Below, in pieces: positions 36,829 through 48,900 of a DNA stretch of 64,000 nucleotides. A program made the translations under genes and the position numbers. The notes under the pieces are model-generated. The model ran no database searches and was not told the origin of the DNA. It was given only the letters and a program-made list of their open reading frames with translations. Numbering within the stretch: position 1 is the first letter of the stretch; each line of letters begins with the position of its first letter. This DNA is from Octopus vulgaris (Eukaryota): the NCBI GenBank assembly GCA_951406725.2, contig OX597824.1, forward strand, positions 3,534,001-3,598,000. Direction: 5' to 3'.

Positions 36829-37388
36829 GGCAGCAAGCTGGCAGAATTGTTAGCATGCTGTGTGAAATGCTTAGCGTCATTTCATCCACGTTCTGAGATC
36901 AAATTCCACCAAGGTCAACTTTGCATTTCATCCTTTCAGGGTCGATAAAGTAAGTACTAGTTGAGCACTGGAGTCGATGTAAACGACTTAACCCCTCCCC
37001 CAAAATTGCTGGCCTTGTGCCAAATTTGAAATCGTTATCATTAGGCAGTAGGTATTCTGCCAGGGTTAACTTTGCCCTTTAACCCTTCAGGGTCAATAAA
37101 ATAAGTACCAGCCAAGTACCCCCCACCACAAAATTGCTGGCTTTGTGTCAAAACTTGAAAACATTCTGAAGGCTGTGAGATGGTAGAATTGTTACGATGC
37201 CAGAGAAAATTGCTTAGTAGCATTTCTTCCAACTTTACATTCCAAGTTCAAATACAGCTGGGGTCAATTTTGCCTTTCATTTTGGGGGGATGGATAGAAT
37301 ATGTAACAGTTGAACATTGAGAGGGGGGGGGTCGATGTAATTGACTTATCTCCACCCCAAAATTGCTGGCCTTGTACCAAAATTTGAA

Positions 37389-37452
<64 letters not shown>

Positions 37453-37560
37453 ATAAAAGCAGCGAGCTGATATCTCCCTCCCCCAAATTTCCAGGCCCCT
37501 GTGCCTTTAGTAAAAAGGATTATTATTATTGTTGTTGTTGTTATTATTATTATCATTATT
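36829..37560 (+). mobile_element. Head-to-tail cluster of family C SINEs separated by (ATT)n
   Basis: Three to four consecutive copies or fragments; similar clusters at 43030-43790, 53465-53930 and 56180-58200. Confidence 0.75.
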
Positions 37561-37636
37561 ATAATTGTTATTATTATTGTTGTTGTTATTGTTATTGTCC
37601 ATTTCTTAATATATATATTTCTTTTCTGTTAACCAG

Positions 37637-37746
37637 TCTACTGACGTGGCGCTATCCACCTGCTACGAAACAACTCTACGTCACCGTCTGTCTTGCCTTC
37701 CTAGTTTCATGTCTATTTCAAGCATCCGCCATCTTCTATGTAGCAG
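37637..37746 (+). CDS. GRAMD4: GRAMD4-like exon (membrane segment), phase 2 to 1
   Basis: ttctgttaaccag|T CTA CTG ACG TGG...GTA GCA G|gtaagg; encodes (S)LLTWRYPPATKQLYVTVCLAFLVSCLFQASAIFYVA(G). Confidence 0.92.
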
Positions 37747-37946
37747 GTAAGGCCCTGTCTTCACACGCAGCCAGTTTATTCTTTAAGATCCATAAAACTT
37801 TCAAGAATAAGATGCTTTCATTGTCTATACATTGCCAATGTTTACTCAAAATATTCAAAATTATTATCATCATCATTTTCTTCTTCATCATGTCCTCCTC
37901 CTCTTCTTCCTCCGTTCTTCTTCTCCTTCTTCTTCTTCTTCTTCTT

Positions 37947-37997
<51 letters not shown>

Positions 37998-37998
<1 letters not shown>

Positions 37999-38720
37999 TG
38001 TGTTTGACTTTTGCATTACATTTGTGCAAGTTGGCTCCAAGTCTCACCCAGAGACCTCAAGAGACAACAAGCTAGAAGTTCATGTTGGTGTTATGCCTAG
38101 GGTGCCATATATTTGGTTTTGTTCTAGAAAATGTCTAAGAAACCATCAGAAAATTATGTTTGTTTTAAAATTTGAGATTACATAGAAAGTATTTTGCATA
38201 GGATATGAGCAATTCCCATGAGCACTATCTTTTCAATTTTTGCCATTTTGGGTTTCCTGGTATCGGAGCTAGGTAGCAATCAGCCCCTTTTGCTATCATT
38301 CCCAGGGCACCTATGACAACAGGTATTTGTTTTAGTCTTCAGATTCCACATTTTGCTGATTTCTATTTCAAGATCTTTATATTTGCTCAATTTTTGGTAG
38401 GTCTTGACAGATACGTTTATATCGATTGGGACAGTCATATCAATGAGGAGGCATGTTCTTTGTCTGAAGTCTTTCACTATGATGTCTGGCCTATTCGCAT
38501 CGATCTCTTTGTCAGTTTGAATAGTGAAGTTCCTGAGGAGTGAGATGTGGTCATTTTCAAGCACGGGAGGTGGTTTGTGTTCCCACCAGTTTTTTTCATG
38601 GGGCAAGTCCAGGCTTTTGCAAATTACCCAGTGAATATATTGTGCAGCTCTATCGTGCCTGTTGAGATACTCTGTAGGCGCAAGAAGACTGCACTTGGAG
38701 ACAACATGATCAATGGTTTC
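37998..38720 (-). mobile_element. 5'-truncated non-LTR retrotransposon with restriction-like endonuclease (R4/Dong-like)
   Basis: ETIDHVVSKC...YLNRHDRAAQYIHW...NRPDIIVKD...CLLIDMTVP...KLSKYKDLEIEISKMW: CCHC remnant, RHD and PD..D RLE motifs. (TAT)n tracts on both sides. Confidence 0.9.
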
Positions 38721-39246
38721 TATTATTATTATCATTATCATTATCATTATTATTATCATTATTATTATTATTAATATTGTTATTATTATAACCTAAGTTG
38801 GCGAGCTGACAGAATCGTTAACATGCCAGGAAAATGCTTAGCATCATTTGGTTCATCTTTATGTTCTGAGTTCAAATTCTACCGAGGTCAACTTAGCCTT
38901 TCATCTTTTCAGAGACAATAAAATAAATACCAGTTAAGTACTGGGGTTTTGTAATTGACTTTTCCCCTCCCCCAAAATTTCAGGCTTTGTGGCTATAGTA
39001 GAAAGGATTATTATTATCATAATCATCGTTTACCTGCTCCTCCCTCGGCAATCTCCTCCTCGGCAATCTTTTTTCGTTCATGTAATTCTCATAAACATCT
39101 TTGAAAACAATTGATTTTTTGGAAAATATCTCATTGCCACTTGTATTTAATCTATTCAAATTATTTATTAGAAAAACTTTCTCAATAGTTAATTATTCAT
39201 TAATTAATTAATTAATTATGATTTTTTTATTTTTGGTTTCTGTTAG

Positions 39247-39401
39247 GAATACTTCTGGGAATAAAGGTTTTTATCATTGATTATATGTTTGAACATTTTC
39301 CTCGCTTAAAAGAAAAATACGATTCATCTCATCGGTTGTGGGAAAACCTGCCAACAGAATCGGAATATCGGAAGAAGACCACAAGAGTCCAGATTGATAA
39401 G
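39247..39401 (+). CDS. GRAMD4: GRAMD4-like exon, phase 1 to 0
   Basis: tttctgttag|GA ATA CTT...GAT AAG|gtaaga; encodes (G)ILLGIKVFIIDYMFEHFPRLKEKYDSSHRLWENLPTESEYRKKTTRVQIDK. Confidence 0.92.
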
Positions 39402-39589
39402 GTAAGACTAATTATTGGTTTCATTCATTTCTATTATTAGTTTTGTTTTGTTTTTCCCCTATCTTTTTTTTTTTATTATTTTACTCATTCGTTTACTGCT
39501 TATGATAATAATTGGCATATTGTATACAGTGCTCAGATGCACTGCAACTTATCAGGAAATGGTAAAAAGGGAACCAAAAGCAGACTTAG

Positions 39590-40080
39590 TCAAGTAAAGA
39601 AGGACAGCAAGGAAAGCTAGAAGTACACGCATGATATACATGAAGGAAGATGAGAGTCATGAAGATAACAGTTACAGAAGCACATGAGGAATAATGTTGG
39701 GGAATTTCAGGAAACACGGAATTCTTGAAGGATACAGTGTCTTGGCAACTAACAATTGACGGGGCTAATTTATTCCATGCTTCAACAATTCTCTGTATTA
39801 AAAATATGTCTTCAAAAGTCATGGATGCTGTGCTGTTCTATGAATCTATAAGCATGTCCACAAGAGCTATTGAGCTCAAAAAAGAGGCCAAACTTGTTGT
39901 TGGAAAGATGGCGGATGGTCTTGTGAGCTTCTAACAAGTCAACTGCTGGACATTGGAACTCTAGTGGCAATGCCAGGAGAAGCAAAACATTCAAGAAATG
40001 ATAAGTGATTGACAAACGGTATTTGCTTGATTGCATATCTACATTTACAGAGTTGCTTATGAGATTCTTTGAATGTAAGA
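39590..40080 (-). mobile_element. CR1/L2-type LINE 3' fragment
   Basis: Minus translation ...FLIQRIVEAWNKLAPSIVSCQDTVSFK resembles the R.V..WN.LP..V....SFK C-terminus of CR1/L2 ORF2. Confidence 0.7.
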
Positions 40081-42478
40081 TTGATCATAGCTGCTGACAA
40101 CTCACAAACAATGACATTTTAAATCATATGATATCTTAAACCTTATAGGTGCTGTCAATTGTGTCCCTTATAGTCTACCATAGCTTTGTATCTTAACCTT
40201 TTCTTCACCAAATGCTGCTTTTGTTTCATTTATTTATTTATTTTAAATAATGAAGAATTTAGTAAAATAAGTTTCTCGTTAAGTTATTGTTTGGAACCTA
40301 AATCAACATTATAATGGGAAGTTTTAATTTAAATCCCTTTAAAATAGAAAGTTTGTATCAAAGGACCAAGGATGGTCTCAGACAGGTTGGTATTGATAAA
40401 TATACATAAGGGGTTAATTTTGTAGTTTATAAAAGCTTGTAATTTTGTATTTTTGCAACTTTATATCATACAAATAGTCATAACACTGTACATTATAGAC
40501 TGTCACATGTCTGCCTTACAGAAAGCCTTACCAAAACAGAAAAGAAAACATTGGCTTTATCTTAGACAATCCATAAGGTCAGAGGTTAATGAGCTAGCAG
40601 TTAATTGTAGCAACTGCTGTTAACGGGAAAGTTTCTATGCAATATTTGCATTTAAGATCCACAGAAAGACATCCATGTACAATGATGGTAGAAAATTTCA
40701 GTAGATGCATAGGTTTTGGGTTCTAGTAGATGCATAGGTTTTGGGTTTTACAAGAGCCACAGACTGACCAAAGATATTTGAATCCATTTGGTGAATAGAA
40801 ACTGAAAGCAGCCCATTATATCTATTCAGGTGCCTGATTCACTTGAAACCTGATCTATTGTTTTTAAGATAATTGGGGGTTTGTTTGCATGAAATGTAGC
40901 TGCCATGTCATGATGAAGCTAGCTATGTTGATGTTGCTGCTGTTGTTATTTAGCCCTAGGTCAACCACCACCAAGTAAACTTTTGAACAAAAAAAAACAT
41001 TACAGCCAGGACCGTCTTGTCTTAATAAGGGTTTCTAGGAATACATTAGGCAATGCAACCTGCTCTTTTCAGCATGGTAAGACTGGGAGTGAGGGAGGTT
41101 TGGCTGTTATTTCTAGGAAATCAAATGGCAACACAGAGACCATCTTGATGGTTTATGATGGTAGTGGTGGTAGTTGCTGAAACTTTGTTGTTGGTGGTGG
41201 TGGTGGTGGTGGTACTGGTGGAACACCAGGTGCTGCTGCTGCTGCTGCTGCTGCTGTTTTGAGTTTACATATCTGCATAGTTCTTATTTAGGTTAATTAA
41301 TGTTTGAAATTTCTAAAAAAAAAATGAAAATAATTATATTATGTCTTCTCAATTTCAATTTAATTTTCTGGATTGTTGCTGTAACAAAAACTCATTTTTA
41401 GTTCTTTTAAGAAATATTTTAAATGCATAAACGTCTTCATAGAATTCTATTTAATGATTTACCTGTGGAAGGGGTGAGGGGCGAGGAGGTAAAGAATGTG
41501 AATGATAAGGCTTTATGTATTTGTGTAAAATTTTGGATTTAATGGTTTAATGAATGGGTGGGAAGAGCAGGGAAAATTGATGAAGAGAGAGAGAGAGAGA
41601 CAGACAGACAGAGGGACAAACTGGCAGATAGATCATAATGGATGAAGTGAATGATAGATAGGCAGGTAGATTGACAGGTTGGTAGATGGACAGGGAGAGA
41701 CAGGTAGATGAGCAGATAGACAGACTGATAAATAAACTAGCAAGCAGACAAGCAAAAGACAGGTGGTCAGGTAGGCAGGTAGATAGGTAACCAAGCAGGT
41801 AAGAAGATAGACACAAGTTGTTCACAGAGAATCGGTTAATGAAAAAGGAGAAACAGAAATAAGTTGCAATAAGAGAGGGAGAGAGAGAGACAGAGAGAGA
41901 GAGAAGAGAAGAGAATAAAAGTTTGTGTACTGAAAATAAAGAGTGGGGCAGCTATTGTCCAAGAGGACGTATTGTGATTCCTATAACGTGTGTTAACAAA
42001 TGAATTTTGGGAAAACATTCATTTATCTCTCAGCCACCAATCAATCAACCAGTTGATGCTAAAACGTAATTATTCCAATTCTATATTTCTGAGATCAGGA
42101 ATTGTTTATACTGTTTTTATGAATCAAACTGGTGTTCGCTTCATCTTGATTGTTACTTTCACTACATTTCTGCTGTTGTACGTTCCAGCCTTATTTGGGT
42201 GTCTTGTGCTGAATTCAGTTGTTGTATCAGAATTTCAAACCCATTCCTTTATTTGATTCACGGGGATACATTGCTCTCATACCATTCTCTGCATTCCATG
42301 ACATTTTTGACACCTGAAGAAGTTTGGAGCATACAACAGCCAAAACATAGCGAAAGGCATCAGTCAAGGTGAGGATGACACCAGTCTGGTTAAAGTCCAT
42401 AGGTGTACTTGATAATAATTGCAATTGAAACCTTGATATTCCTGTTTAAATGACAGTTATGATATTTCCATGTGGCAG

Positions 42479-42793
42479 GTTGCATCGTTTCTTAATATCC
42501 ATCACCAAGACACATGTTGCCAAGCTAAAACAAAACCTTTTGATTTGTACCATGAGCCTAGCCATAACAGCTGTAACTCGAAACCAAGATTTGAAATCTT
42601 AGCTCATCTTTTGTCAGCAATAGATATAGATGATCCAAAAGCAGAATCCATAATTAAAAAGTTCCAACATATTCTGGCAGAGAAATGGGAGAAATATTCC
42701 AGTGCTGCCACACATTTCGAAAACGAGCTCTCATCATTAAGCCGTGGTTCTTTCACATTTTCTGAAAATGCCTTTGATTTGACACCCAAGCAT
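42479..42793 (+). CDS. Candidate 315-nt phase 0-0 exon (cassette exon, or alternative first exon starting at ATG 42470); unknown product
   Basis: Non-repetitive 105-codon open frame VASFLNIHHQDTCC...SENAFDLTPKH ending at a strong donor CAT|gtgagt; acceptor tgtggcag| has a weak pyrimidine tract; in-frame stop upstream at 42434-42436. Confidence 0.5.
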
Positions 42794-43801
42794 GTGAGTA
42801 TGGGTCAGTTGATCTAAAGCTGAGAATCTTATGACCCTCTACACTGCAATAAGTTACCCTTTGTCCTCACCATGCCGTAATAACTTGATACAAATGCAGT
42901 AAGGAGCAAACATAGGCTTTATCATTATTATTATTATTGTTGTTATTGTTATTTATAGCAAAAAAATAGCACAAATTTATTCACTAAAAAATGTTTGGAA
43001 TTCAGTATATTGTATAATATAAGTCATAGCTGGCAAGAGTGTTAACATACAAGAGAATATCCTTAGAAGCATTTGATCCAATTCATTATGTCCTGAGTTC
43101 AATTTCCACTGAGGTCAGCTTTGCCTTTCATCTTTTCAGGGTCAATAGAATAAATACCACTTGAGCAGTGGGGGCAATGAATAGCCCCTTTCCCGCCCAT
43201 CAAAATTTCTGCTTATAATAGAAACAATTCTGTTATTGTTATTATTTTCAAAAATGAAAAAAAAAAGATAACCATATTTACATGCTAACAAATGATTTTG
43301 GTGTTTTAGGATCCCCGCAGATTCTATGTATTGTCCAAATCCTAATCACAAGAACATTAAAGCATGGAACAAAATGCTTAACAGTGTTTCTTCTGACTCA
43401 TTACATTCTGAGTTCAAATTCCATCAAGGTTTTTTCATCCTTCCCAGGTTGATAAAATAAGCAACTATTTGAGCATTAAGGGTCAATGTAATTGACTTAC
43501 CCAAACCCTAAAAATTGCTGATCTTGTAACAAAAATAAGAAAGTATTATTATTATCATCATCATCAAGGCATTGAGCTGGCAGAATTGTTAGCACACTGG
43601 GCAAAATGCTTAGCGGCATTTCACCCATCTTTATGTTCTGAGTTCAAATTCCACCAAGATCTATTTTGCCTTTCATCCTTTCTGAGTTGATAAATTAAGT
43701 ACCAGTTGTATACTGGTGTCGGTTAACCCTTCCTCTTAACTTTCAGGCCTTGCACCTAAAGTATAAAGGATTATTATTATTATTATTATTTTATTATTAT
43801 T

Positions 43802-44342
43802 GAGTGAGAGAGTAGTGCATGCTATCAAAGTGACACTGGGGTACAATTATACAAAGCCCAATTAACCCATCATGACTACCCGTCTGATAACGGTACACCA
43901 GGTACATGCATCACAACCATATGTGTCTGACATGGTGATCTAATATCAAGATAAACAATGCATGACCTTGCAGATGGTGCCCAATTAGAATTTTCTTCAG
44001 GTCACGTAGCCCCTCCTATTCAAAAGGTCCCTGAATAAGGATTGTTTGAGGACGATGAATGATACACCCATGTTTCCTGAGGTGAATTATTCAAATCCCA
44101 AAGAATTCCTCTCAACACATGGCTATGATGTTCACCCAACACTTTTGCTCATAATCATCATCTGCTGAGGGACAAGCTCAAGTGGTTGTGGTCAAGCAAG
44201 TAACAAGCAAATTTGCCATATTGAGCAGAATACTTGCTGTGGCCATCTCTTATACCAAGACAAAACAATGGACATGATAACATTTCCAGTCAGTTAAGAT
44301 CAGAAGCCATGAGAGTAACTGGCTGGTATTGCATCAGGGTAT
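43802..44342 (-). mobile_element. Unclassified ~550-bp retroposon (family G) with (AAT)n tail
   Basis: Homologous to 52757-53312 and to the partial copy at 52515-52705; embedded in (TAT)n. Confidence 0.75.
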
Positions 44343-46370
44343 TTATTATTAGTAGTTTTAAAATATTTACGATTATGTTCACTTGCTAACAAATAACTCT
44401 GGTGTTTTAGGAACTTTGCATATTGTGTCTGTAATTGGTAAATTACTTTTCTGTGAGTGAAATGTTCAACACTAATATTCACAATGTATACACAAACCCC
44501 TTTTCTTCTATATTTCCTTTAACAAACATGTCCCTTGTACCCACCTAGCTGTACATTGCACATCTACAACTAGCGAATGATTTCAGTTATAGAATGAAAT
44601 TAATATTTAGTAAATAAAAGACTGCAAACTAGCAGAATTGTCAGCGTGCTGGGTAAAATGCTTAGTGGCATTTTGTCCATCTCTGCATTCTGAGTTCAAA
44701 TTCTGCCAAGGTGGACTTTGCAATTCAGGGTCAATAAAATAAGTACCAGTTGATCACTGGGGTCGATGTAATTCACTTACCCCACTCACCTGAAATTGCT
44801 GGCTTTGTGCCAAAATTAGAAACCAATATTTTGTAAATGAGTGCCCCTGTCATACAAGGGACACTCATATCCTTCATTTCCAATCTTCCATGGATGATGT
44901 ATTTGTGAAAATAGCTGTAGTTTTAATGAAGATAACTTACTTGAAATATAATGTTGTAATGTAATACATAAAGTGGAAAATACAACTTTTAATGCACTTT
45001 CTCATTCAAGCTCAATATACCATTCCATTATTCCATTATTCCACTATATTACTATTCCACTACACTAAATATGTGTTGATTTCAACACATACCTGCTCAC
45101 AACTGGCACCAAGTTCAGTTTTCATATAAATATATTTCATTCCCAACACTACACTCTCGGAGTGGTTGGCGTTAGGAAGGGCATCCAGCTGTAGAAACTC
45201 TGCCAGGTCAGATTGGAGCCAGGTGCAGCCTTCTGGCTTGCCAGTCCTCAGTCAAACCATCCAACCCATGCCAGCATAGAAAGCAGACGTTAAACGACAA
45301 CGATCATAATGATGATGATGATGATGATATATAAATCATCATCATTATCATCATCATCATCATTTAACGTTCACTTTCCATGCTAACACGAGTAAGAAGG
45401 TTTGACAGGAGCCTGCCTGCCGGACAGCTGACCAGGATCCATTTGTCCGTTTTGGCATGGTGTCTACCACAGGATGCCCTTCTTGATGCCAACCACTTTA
45501 CAGAGCGTGGACTGGGTACTTTCAGCATAGCAGCAGCACAGATGCTTTTATGTGGCACTGGCATCGGTGCTTCTATGCAACACCACTACAAGTGCTCTTT
45601 ATGTGACACCAGCACCCATGAGCCCACAAGGGAAGGACCTCTCACCTGAGAGAGCGATATAGAAGACAAACCTGTATGTATGGACAGCCATAGTTTTACT
45701 TAGCTTGATGCGTCTTCTCAAGCATAGCAAACCACCAGAACCCTTGCTCCCTTGTCAGTCCCTGTGTGAGGCCCAGCATCTGGAGATCCTTTCTCACTAC
45801 TTCACCCATGTCTTCTACCCCTTCCACAGGTTCCCTCCACATTTGAAAATCAGCACTTCTTTATGTAATTATCCTCATCTATACCAGTGCCGTCTTCACC
45901 CTTGCACACTACAACCGCTTACACCCATTTTTTCTTTTACGCCATTTTTCACTCTGCCACACATGCCTGATGATATTCCCCCATCCAGTGCACTATAACT
46001 GGCTTCATGTCCTTCAAGCCTTTGCATGTTCTCTGGAGTCAAAGCCTATGTTTCACTGCTGTGTAGAAAAGTTGTATGTACACACACACATATGTATATG
46101 CGTGTGTGTATGTGTACTTGCCTTTACCTTCGAAACACGGAGTAGTTGAAGCAGGGACAACTGAAGAAGGGGAATATTCCTTGTGTTGTATGTCTTGTAC
46201 TCTGTTTTTTCGTTGTTTGAAAAGTTCGTTTCCATGTTTTTGTTTTTATGTTTTCATTTCTCATTGTGTTCTACGCTTTTGTGGTGTCCTGTACCCATAT
46301 ATGCATGTATATATACATATAGATGTAGGTATGTACATATATGTATGTATGCATATGTTTTATTTATTAA

Positions 46371-46739
46371 CTAGCACTATGACTCAGCATGGCTGGATCA
46401 TAGTGCTAGTGCATGCATATACAGCTGCGTGCGTGCGCACATACACGCGAGTACTGTCCAACTCTCCGACCAATCACATACAGCTAGCTGGCATTCGATT
46501 GGCGTATCAAGTTTTGGGCATTTTGATTGGGTTTTGGATAGAAAATTCACAAAAAAAGTCACTTCTATTGATTTTCTAATGGCTTTGCAGGGTGACTAGG
46601 GAAATGTAAAGATGTGCGCGACCACCCTTGGACGGTTTTGAATGACCATAGAAAGTGCGAGCCCTCTAACTGAAAAATTGTGGATTTGTATAAGGAACAC
46701 ACACACAGACAGACATTTTGCTGTTTATATATAGAGAGA
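46371..46739 (-). mobile_element. Non-autonomous Helitron, copy 2, inserted into another repeat (about 46110-46780)
   Basis: A|CTAGCACTATGAC...ATATAGAGAGA|T on the plus strand; collinear with 794-1171. Confidence 0.75.
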
Positions 46740-46779
46740 TTTGTTATTATATGATCGAACGCCACGCAACCACTTCCAA

Positions 46780-46826
<47 letters not shown>

Positions 46827-47860
46827 TATGTGTATGCATTTAAATTATTTCATTACTGTCGTTTTACATCAATGATATATTTGTTGATGTCTTGTGATTG
46901 GTCAATAATATTTGGAAGAATGTTGTTGGATTATTTCTCAACACAAACAATAAACAAACACAAAACCATTAAAAGAAATTCAATCACAACTCAAAAACCA
47001 TGATGCAGCAATTGCAATGTTCTCTCTGCAAAACCTGTTGGCTGTCAAGGATTCCTTCATGGTTGATTTGGCACCAGCTCTTTGGTTGGAATTGCTGATT
47101 TGAGGCTGACTTATTTGACAACAGACATCATAAGGTTTTTCCCTTGCCTTTTATGTTATTCTCTCCCTGTGTATATTTTGTGCCTGTCTGCATGCATGCA
47201 CACGTTTGCTGCTAACACCAAAAAGCACTGTTGATAAAACAGGCCAAATGCCCACTCATCCATGCCAAACCATCAGCCTCCAAACAGCTGCATGCAATCA
47301 TCTCCTCTCAACGATGTTTGCCTTCTTTCAACACCACCACCACCACCACCACCACCGCCACCGCCACCACCATCACCCCCCCACCACTTTCTATACTTTC
47401 TTCTTTCCATTTCCTTCTTCCTCTCCCCCTCATACATCTTCTTACACTGATTTACACATTTTCATCACTTTTCATTTCAGTCCTTCATTTCGCCAACCAC
47501 CAAAGCAATATTTCTTGACATTTCCATCTATTTCTGTTGGCAATTACTTATCCTCACTTTTGTATCATGGTTTCTTTTCTTCTCCTTCCTGTATTGCTTA
47601 CCGAACAGCTCTCTCTCTCTCTCTCTCTAGCTTCTATTTGTCAGTCTATCTTTTTTTTTAATCATTTTAATTATTACAAAGGAGATCAATCCATTAAATA
47701 TTAATTAGATATCTAACATCTCTTTCATATTGCCTGCATATATCTTCTAATTAGACATTCATGATTCAGGTAATTAATAATAATAACTTTTGTTAAAACT
47801 TGTAATATTAACAAATTCTGACTTATGAAATAGGTTGAAATACAAGCCACCAAACCTATA

Positions 47861-47897
<37 letters not shown>

Positions 47898-47927
47898 GCA
47901 TGGAAAGCAGACATTAAACGATGATGA

Positions 47928-47994
<67 letters not shown>

Positions 47995-48527
47995 CCAGAG
48001 AGGGAGAGAGAGAGGGATAAAGAGGGACGCACATACACACACACGTATGTATGTGTATGTGTGTATGTGCATATGAGTGTTTGCATGTGTATTTGTAGCT
48101 AAGTAACAAAGACCTACTAATTTCCTGAAACTAGTAGCAACACATCTATTAGAGATTGATAAAGACTCAGGCATAACAACCAAGCACTGGGCAGGTTGGG
48201 TTGCGGGATAGGGGGCATCAATATAATTCACAACAATCTCTTCAAGGTGTTGCCCCAGCATGACCAAAACCAGTAAAAGAGTAATGAGTGATGTGCAGGA
48301 AACAAATTCACATCTTCTAAACTTTAGAATATAAAGGATAGCCCTGCGCATTATTTAGTTCCTACTCTTTGAAAATCAGCAGAAGAAAAACCTAATTACT
48401 TCCCTAGCTAAATGTATAATAATCTCTTTTTATATGTTAATTAATTTAACTCATTAATTTTAATATGCAGGATTAGTAGTTGTTTATAACTTTACAATCA
48501 TTAAGCTCTATTTATCTGATATCTCCA

Positions 48528-48900
48528 ACATCATCATCATCATCATCATTTAACGTTCGCTTTCCATGCTGGCATGGGTTGGACGGTTTGACTGAGGACT
48601 GGTGAACCAGATGGCTGCACCAGGCTCCAGTCTTGATCTGGCAGAGTTTCTACAGCTGGATGCCCTTCCTAACGCCAACCACTCCAAGAGTGTAGTGGGT
48701 GCTTTTACGTGCCACCGGCACAGGGGCCACTCAGGCAGTACTGGCAACAACCTCGCTTGAATCTTTTTACACATGCCACCGGCACAGGTGCCAGTAAGGC
48801 GATGCTGGTAACGATCACACATGAATGGTGCCTCTTACATGTCACCAGCACGGAAGTCAGTTAGCCACTCTGGCAACGATCACGCTCAGATAGTGCTCAT
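48528..48900 (-). mobile_element. SINE-like family A, subfamily 1
   Basis: (CAT)n tail, body and monomers. Confidence 0.85.

Larger units (their letters stand above)
8166..39401 (+). other. GRAMD4: Multi-exon GRAM domain-containing protein 4-like gene (partial; 11 coding exons in window, 5' exons and GRAM-domain exons not found)
   Basis: Eleven AG/GT-bounded exons with compatible phases splice to one stop-free frame: SELQEYKKACQFEKVKQELDYEKSRN...EGDPLTVRKLKNNITRFGAVTQPIMNTMRGLKNLISWRSPSYTLFVFTVYMYSAWYGLLLPLCLFLIFFRLSISYMRYKGWNI...VSDKFSVVLQVAKKVQNTLGVLADTLEKVNSLLTWRYPPATKQLY...GIKVFIIDYMFEHFPRLKEKYDSSHRLWENLPTE. Motif order matches my recollection of vertebrate GRAMD4 (EPLSARRL, VYMNAVWHGW, VSEKFQLVLDVAQKAQN, GIKFFLIDFIF..PRLRAKYD..IW.SLPTD). 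No database search was run. Confidence 0.9.

Noticed and set aside
37341-38075. Longest ORF in the track (244 aa)
   Set aside because: Mostly (ATT)n/(AGT)n/(CTT)n microsatellite and SINE sequence read through in frame; only 37637-37746 is a real exon.
46127-46171. Type-II hammerhead-like arrangement CCTTCGAAAC...CTGAAGAAGG
   Set aside because: Both core halves are present, but stems I-III cannot be formed in the required register and there is only one copy in the window.
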